64,000 nt of DNA from Yuukianura sp. NJ FZ-2021 (Eukaryota): assembly GCA_046563655.1 (NCBI GenBank), contig CM102287.1:3472001-3536000 (forward strand). The letters are read 5' to 3'. Below are positions 58,286 through 64,000 of this stretch, piece after piece (position 1 is the first letter of the stretch; each line of letters opens with the position of its first letter). A program made the translations under genes and the position numbers. The notes beneath the pieces are model-generated. The model worked only from the letters and a program-made list of their open reading frames with translations. It did no database searches and was not told the origin of the DNA.

Positions 58286-60097
58286 TTCAGCTCTTCTTCT
58301 TCCAGCGTCTGGTCACCAATGAATCTGAAACCAAAAAATTCAAATCAGTTTAAAATCTTTTCGAAGAATTTTGTTCAGAAGAGCAAAAAGTTGCTGTTTT
58401 TGTCGGGCGGTGCAAAGATTTTCAAAACGACGAACCACGCCCCTTTAACTTCTTCGCTGCTGGTGTTCCGCCCACCCACGGCAAAAACTAATGTTAAAAA
58501 GGTGTGAAATTACGCTAAACTAACAAAAAACTAGCAACTTCCTCTCCCAAACCAATTGACACCACCACTGAAATTGTTATTTTTAGCACAAATTGTCTAA
58601 GGGGACTTCCGGTGCGGTGTCAAGTACCATTGAGAAACAAAAAAGTCGGAGCGGGGGAGCCCTTAACTTGTTCAGACTGCTTGGCGCCGTCCTTAAGGGC
58701 CCTCCAGAGTATCCAATTTCGAGGTACTTTGTGAATGAATCTTCAAAATTTTCTTTCAAATTTTGTTCAAAATTTTACTTTCTTCAAAATACAACAACCT
58801 CAATGAATGGAAATAGAAATCCTCCTCCGTCTTAGGACAAACAAAACACTCTGTATTTGAACAAACGAAACTAAAATTTTGAAAATTTTATCCATGTGCT
58901 TCACATCGATCAAAATTTTAGAAAAAGTTGACCCTGCTCAATCAATGTCTGGAAGGTTTGGAAGCGTATTTCTGAAATCAGTTTTCATAAAAAACTTTTT
59001 CAAAATCTGTATAAATTTTTTTAGTAACTTTTTTTTTTTTCGAAAACTGCTCTTCATAAGTTTCCGGCACGCGTGACCTGGCACTATATCTGTCATCGTT
59101 CCCATTTTCGAAAAGGTCACGTGACTTTTTTCTTGTTCCTAAAAAAGTTGTATTTTTGAGTAAACCAGAATCTGGAAATCTCATCAAGAAAGTTAAAGAA
59201 AACAAAAAATGTTTTCTAACCTCATCAGTCATTTCTCTCCACCTTGACAAGACGCTGTCTCCCAACTTCCCAAAATTTCAAAATTTTGAAACTCGAAATC
59301 ATGCTGTAGCTTTCAAAATTCATTTCGAATTCCGTATTTCCTCGTCCTGCTCCAAGTCGGCCACCACATTTGATCTCCATTAGCAAAAAGTCTAAAACAA
59401 ACAAAAAATTAGTAAATTCATACTTTCAAAAAACTCAAACTATCATAAAAAGCAAATGAATTTACCAGCTCCAACTCTTCAGAATTTCGAATATGAAATG
59501 AACTTTCAAAAAAACAAACAAGGAATAAGAGCGGAATTTACTTTAGAGTAGTCTCACAAAAAAACAAAACAGACGCTAAACTCAAGTAAACAAAGAGGGA
59601 ACACCACTAACCCCACAAACACTATAAATCTTTGCCTATTAGTTAATTAACGAATCTTAATTAATCTTAACTATAATTAACAAACTTAACCCCAACAGTT
59701 TGTGTATAACATACCATAACAATTTAAAAATTTCCCACATTCATATGTTTAAGTTCCTAAAACTAATTTTAAACATCATTTTAAATTAAACTGTTAATTC
59801 AATTTTTACCTAAGAAATTCACAAACTTCGTAAAGCTAAAGTGTTATTCCCTCAACACAAGTTCCGTCAAATTTAAAATTTACGTCAAAGGTCAGAGGTC
59901 AAAAAGTTCCACAAAATTTACATTTTAAACTGCAGGCACCAGCATAATGCTAGTAGCATTAGGGGGAGGTCAAAAATCACAAACATTAAAGTTAACAACT
60001 AAATTTAACTAACAATTAAAACTCTATTTAAATGTAGAACAAATATTTTTAGAATTTACGCGTTAAAAATTCCCACTTTTTATCGTGAAACAAAAAT

Positions 60098-63000
60098 TCA
60101 CGTTGGTTTTGGTTGTGTCGGGGTCACCGCAGGGATCACGGCGGTCGTCGCTGTAGCTATCGCTGCAGTAGGAGTCACCGGTTGCTGTGGAATCGCTGCT
60201 GCCACGGTCTGCTGAACTCCTGGCAGCGTCGATGTGAGGACAGTATGAAACGTTTGACCTTGCTGTGTTACCACTCCAGCTTGTCTTATGAGCAACGGCG
60301 TCCCTGGAGCCGTTCCCAGCGCTGGCATACCCACAACGCCTCTCCTCGTTCCAGCAAACCTCACATTTCCTGCTCCTCCAGCAGCCACCAGCGATGAAGC
60401 AGTCAGAGCTCGCGGAGTGCTGACCAATCGCGTTGTCGTTCCCAGCGACGTTGTCGCCGGGAGCGCTCGAACTACCGCTCCAGTCGTCGGAGTTACTTGT
60501 CTAACGATTCCAGCAGAAGCCAATGTCACTGGTTTTAGCAGCGCCGAGGCCATAGTTGTCACTGGACTGCCTTGCACTTGCGCTCGAACTGTTCCAGCCG
60601 GAACTGAAATTGTCCTGATTCCAGCGATTCCAGAATGAAGCGTTTGTGCTTGCCTTATCCCTCCGACAGTTTGAATCGTTTGAACCGTCCCGGCAGGTCG
60701 GATTCCAGCTTGCGACGTCTGTCCAGCTTGCGACATGGCAATAAGTTGTGTCAGCTGAGCTTGCGACATTATATTTCCCCTTATATTTCCAGCCACTGGT
60801 TGTCGCATTCCAGCAGTTCCAGCTTTGACAAGACGCGGAGTATTGACAATTCCAGCATTTGCAGTTACTGCTCTGTTCATAACTGTTGTAGCTCCAACAA
60901 CTTTCTGGGATTGGATGGTTCCTCCTGGTGGTCGAGCCAATCGGATTGCAGCATTTGCCACCAAGGCACTCGCTGTGCTGGCAGTAGTTGCTGACGGATT
61001 GCTCACAATTGAAATCGTTGGAGTTCCATGGGCATTGGCTAAAGATGCTGGAAATCGGAGTGCTGAGAGGGAAATAGTTCCACCTTGACTCGTTGCCACC
61101 AACTGCGGCTGTCCACCGGATACTGGCGGAATAATTTGAATTTGTTTGGATTGAAGAAGGCGTACGACTTGATTTCCTAAAAAAATAAAATTCCAAAATT
61201 TCAGAAAATCCAATTTTCCACTTTTCATAAAATTTGAAATTCGATTTGTTTATTGTTTTTACCAGAAAATTGTTGGTGGAGACCTCCAGCACGGATTACT
61301 GACGGCACACCGCCGCGACCAATACTCAGCAGCGTCAGCGGAAGCTGATTGGCTCCCAGTTGGATCGTTCCAGTAGGCGGAGTAGTTGAAGTTGTCGCTC
61401 CTAAAATGTTGGCCTGTTGAGCCAATGGTGTTGAGGCAATAACTTGTTGAGGAGTTGAAATGTGCTGGAGTGGTGGATGTGTTGAAGGAGACGACGGTCT
61501 AATAACTATTGACGTTCCTTTTCCCGGCACCACTCCTGCCCCACCAATCCCAACTGCTGTCCCACCAAGCCCCACTGCATTTGGAGTAGAACCGGTCGCC
61601 ACCAGATTCGGAGCTGAAGATACTGGCAGCGTTCTTCTTGCAACCAGCACATGACGATTGGCTTGTGGTACGGTTGGAGCAGTCACGGCTGCAATTGGTG
61701 GAGTGGCAGCAACAAGGGGCGGAGCTACGGTTGTTACGACTTTCGGTATTGGCTGAACCACCGTCCCACCTTTTCCTGGATAAGTTTTTACCGGAAGTGC
61801 TGGCGGGCCCATGGGGCTGGCTGGTGGAGTCGCTACAGCAGCACTGGATGCTGATGCTGCTCCTTTTTTCAAAGATGCTGCCAATGGCGTCTTTGATTTC
61901 AAAATATTGGGGGATACTGCCATCCGAGGTGGAGGTTTTGCTTTGTATTGGATTCTGCTCGACGGTGGTCGATACGGAGCTTTTCTTAGGAATTCCGTTA
62001 GATATTCTGTCGTCAGTTTCGGGAGTTCGCCTCTTCCAGCCCCATATTTCGACGGGAGCGAATGAATTGCAATCGCTGTCATTCCAGGCTTCAGCGTATC
62101 GCTTAATGCTGGCTCAGTTGGAGCAAGCGTCGCTGGATCCACAACTACTTTCGGTTTTCTTCCAGGCTTTCCAGGTACGTGGACAGGAGGAGGGGGAGGA
62201 GCTGGAACTGGAACCGAAGCTCCATTGGTGGTTCCGGGTTCGGTTTTGACGGTACCGGTAACGGTCGTGTCGGTAGAACTTGATGTCGGTTCGACCTTGA
62301 CATCGACTTCGGCTTTTGCTTGTTTTCTCTTTGGATTGGCGGCGAGTTGCACCAGCTTTTCTTTGTTGAAGAGATGAGGATACTCCGTCTCCAGCCAGTC
62401 GCAGTATTTACGTACTTGTGGAATCCGTCGATCTCCGCGATGATAAAGAATTCGGTGGTAAGCGGCTCTCAAGACTTTAAACACATCGGAGTTGTAGTAC
62501 GCCTGTTTCACCACTGGATCGAAATAGGGAGTTCGAATTCTGAAAAACAAAAACGATTTCAAAATTTTTAGAAATCCGAAAAATTGAAATTTGAAATTTA
62601 AATTGGTAGTTGAGTTTACCGAGTAAGGGCACATCGACGTGGCTTCCGCATTTCAGGTTTGGTGTTAACCGGGAAGTATTTTCTCATAAGCTGTTCGTCA
62701 CTAAATGAAATAAAAGTTCGTTCGTAAGCATTTCCAACGGTGGTTCCATCTCCTTGATCTTCTAGTTTGGGAACAGGAGGAGGCGGAGGAGCTGATGCTT
62801 TTTCTTCTCCATCTTCCAGAAGACGTAAAAGATCAAATTCATCTTTAGATTCCTTTGAAGATTTGGATTTTTCTGGTGGTTTTTCAACTACTGGCATTCG
62901 CACAGAGTGATACCGAGTTCTGGGTCCACTGAAAACAGGCTTCACTGCTTTTGCTTTCTTCTTCTCCAGCTCCATTTGTTGAAATTTTGCTGTTTTTCGA

Positions 63001-64000
63001 AAAAATGATCATGAATTTCAAAATTTTAAACTTTGCCAAAGTTTTTGTTTGATTTTGTTACCTAAAGATTCCAAATTGATGATTTCTGTCCATTTCGTTT
63101 CTTCCATCAACTCTTCTTGTGTTGGCATTTCATACTCGACTCTACGCGATCTCAAGTACTTTTTACGCTGATCAGATTCCTTTTCACGCTCTTTCACTCT
63201 CTTTTGAGTTTCAATTGACTTCAATTTGGTGGAACTTCTCATTGTTTTTCTAGGTGATCTGAGCTTATCCGGTGACAATTGCTGCCGTTTCTTCGGTGGA
63301 CTGCCGGAATTCCTCGATGTTGTTCTCCTCGTCGGCCGAGACTCTTCGAGCGGTTTGGGAGCATAATCGGGCATCTCGGACTCACTTTCAACATGTTTGC
63401 GTTTCCTAGTTCTTGTTGTAACGGCTCCAGTTGCCCCTTCATCAGCTTCTGAATCGTCTTTAGCACTGGCAGACTGACTGTGACGTGTAACTCTGCCTCC
63501 TTTGGATGGACCTGGAGTGGGAGATGGGGATTTTCCAGGTCTGGAAGATAGTCGTGTTCGACGGGTTCCTGAAGTTGTACTTTCGGGTTCATCTTCTTTG
63601 ACATCTCCGCGCTTCGGAGATCTCGCAGATGCCCGGGTAGGAACTGCTTTGACAACTTTTCGAGCTGGTTCCTTGTAGGCTTTTGTAACTAAACGTCTAC
63701 TTCTAGTTCTTTTGCCTTCGTCTTCTTCTTGATCCGAAGTAGGTCCACCGTCCTCTTCGTCAATGTCAAAGTCTGAATCGACCACATCAGCTTCTTCTTT
63801 TCCTTGTCTAAAAAATGAAAGTGAAAGTTAACATTTATGATTACAAATCAATGAAACTTGAAAATTCCGTAAGCTCTCACTGGTAATCGTCATCCTCTTC
63901 CACTTCTTTGAACCCTCCATATGTAGTAGTATAAAAATCGTCTTCTTCTTCCTCATTCAGCAGTTTGGCCATGCGATTCCCCGCACCCGTACGCCGTGAC
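60098..64000 (-). CDS. VPS72: VPS72/YL1 H2A.Z chaperone with long low-complexity C-terminal extension (5' end beyond window)
   Basis: Exons >64000-63881, 63807-63062, 62989-62620, 62539-61263, 61176-60098 in phase. SRRTGAGNRMAKLL, DDFYTTTYGGF, DSDFDIDE, PTQEELMEETKWTEIINLESL, YL1-C CALTRIRTPYFDPV. Confidence 0.9.

Noticed and set aside
60113..62571. Long antisense and alternative-frame ORFs over VPS72
   Set aside because: Expected shadows of a GC-richer low-complexity coding region.

Overview
AT-rich, gene-dense eukaryotic (animal) DNA with short GT-AG introns. It is probably from a pancrustacean arthropod, possibly a springtail-like hexapod; this is inferred from gene content and intron style only. 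Spliced genes reconstructed by hand, in order: Prdm13 (-, runs off the left edge); a small GPI-anchored 8-Cys protein nested antisense in Prdm13 intron 1; a secreted Gly/Tyr/Pro-rich protein; an orphan signal-anchored protein; atypical PKC (16 coding exons); the ALK1/2-type receptor saxophone; a 121-aa membrane ORF only 57 nt upstream of UBXN6 (probable dicistronic unit); ATIC/PurH; aminopeptidase N; MDH1B-like; Mox/buttonless homeobox; and a VPS72/YL1 with a very long C-terminal extension (runs off the right edge). Mobile DNA comprises two non-autonomous hAT-like elements with perfect 8-bp TSDs, each carrying a nested copy of the same ~400-bp MITE, a third free copy of that MITE, a 5'-truncated CRE-like retroposon and palindromic MITE remnants. 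A GGTCAAAGGTCA (DR1-like) motif recurs throughout the window. No rRNA, tRNA or CRISPR array was recognised.
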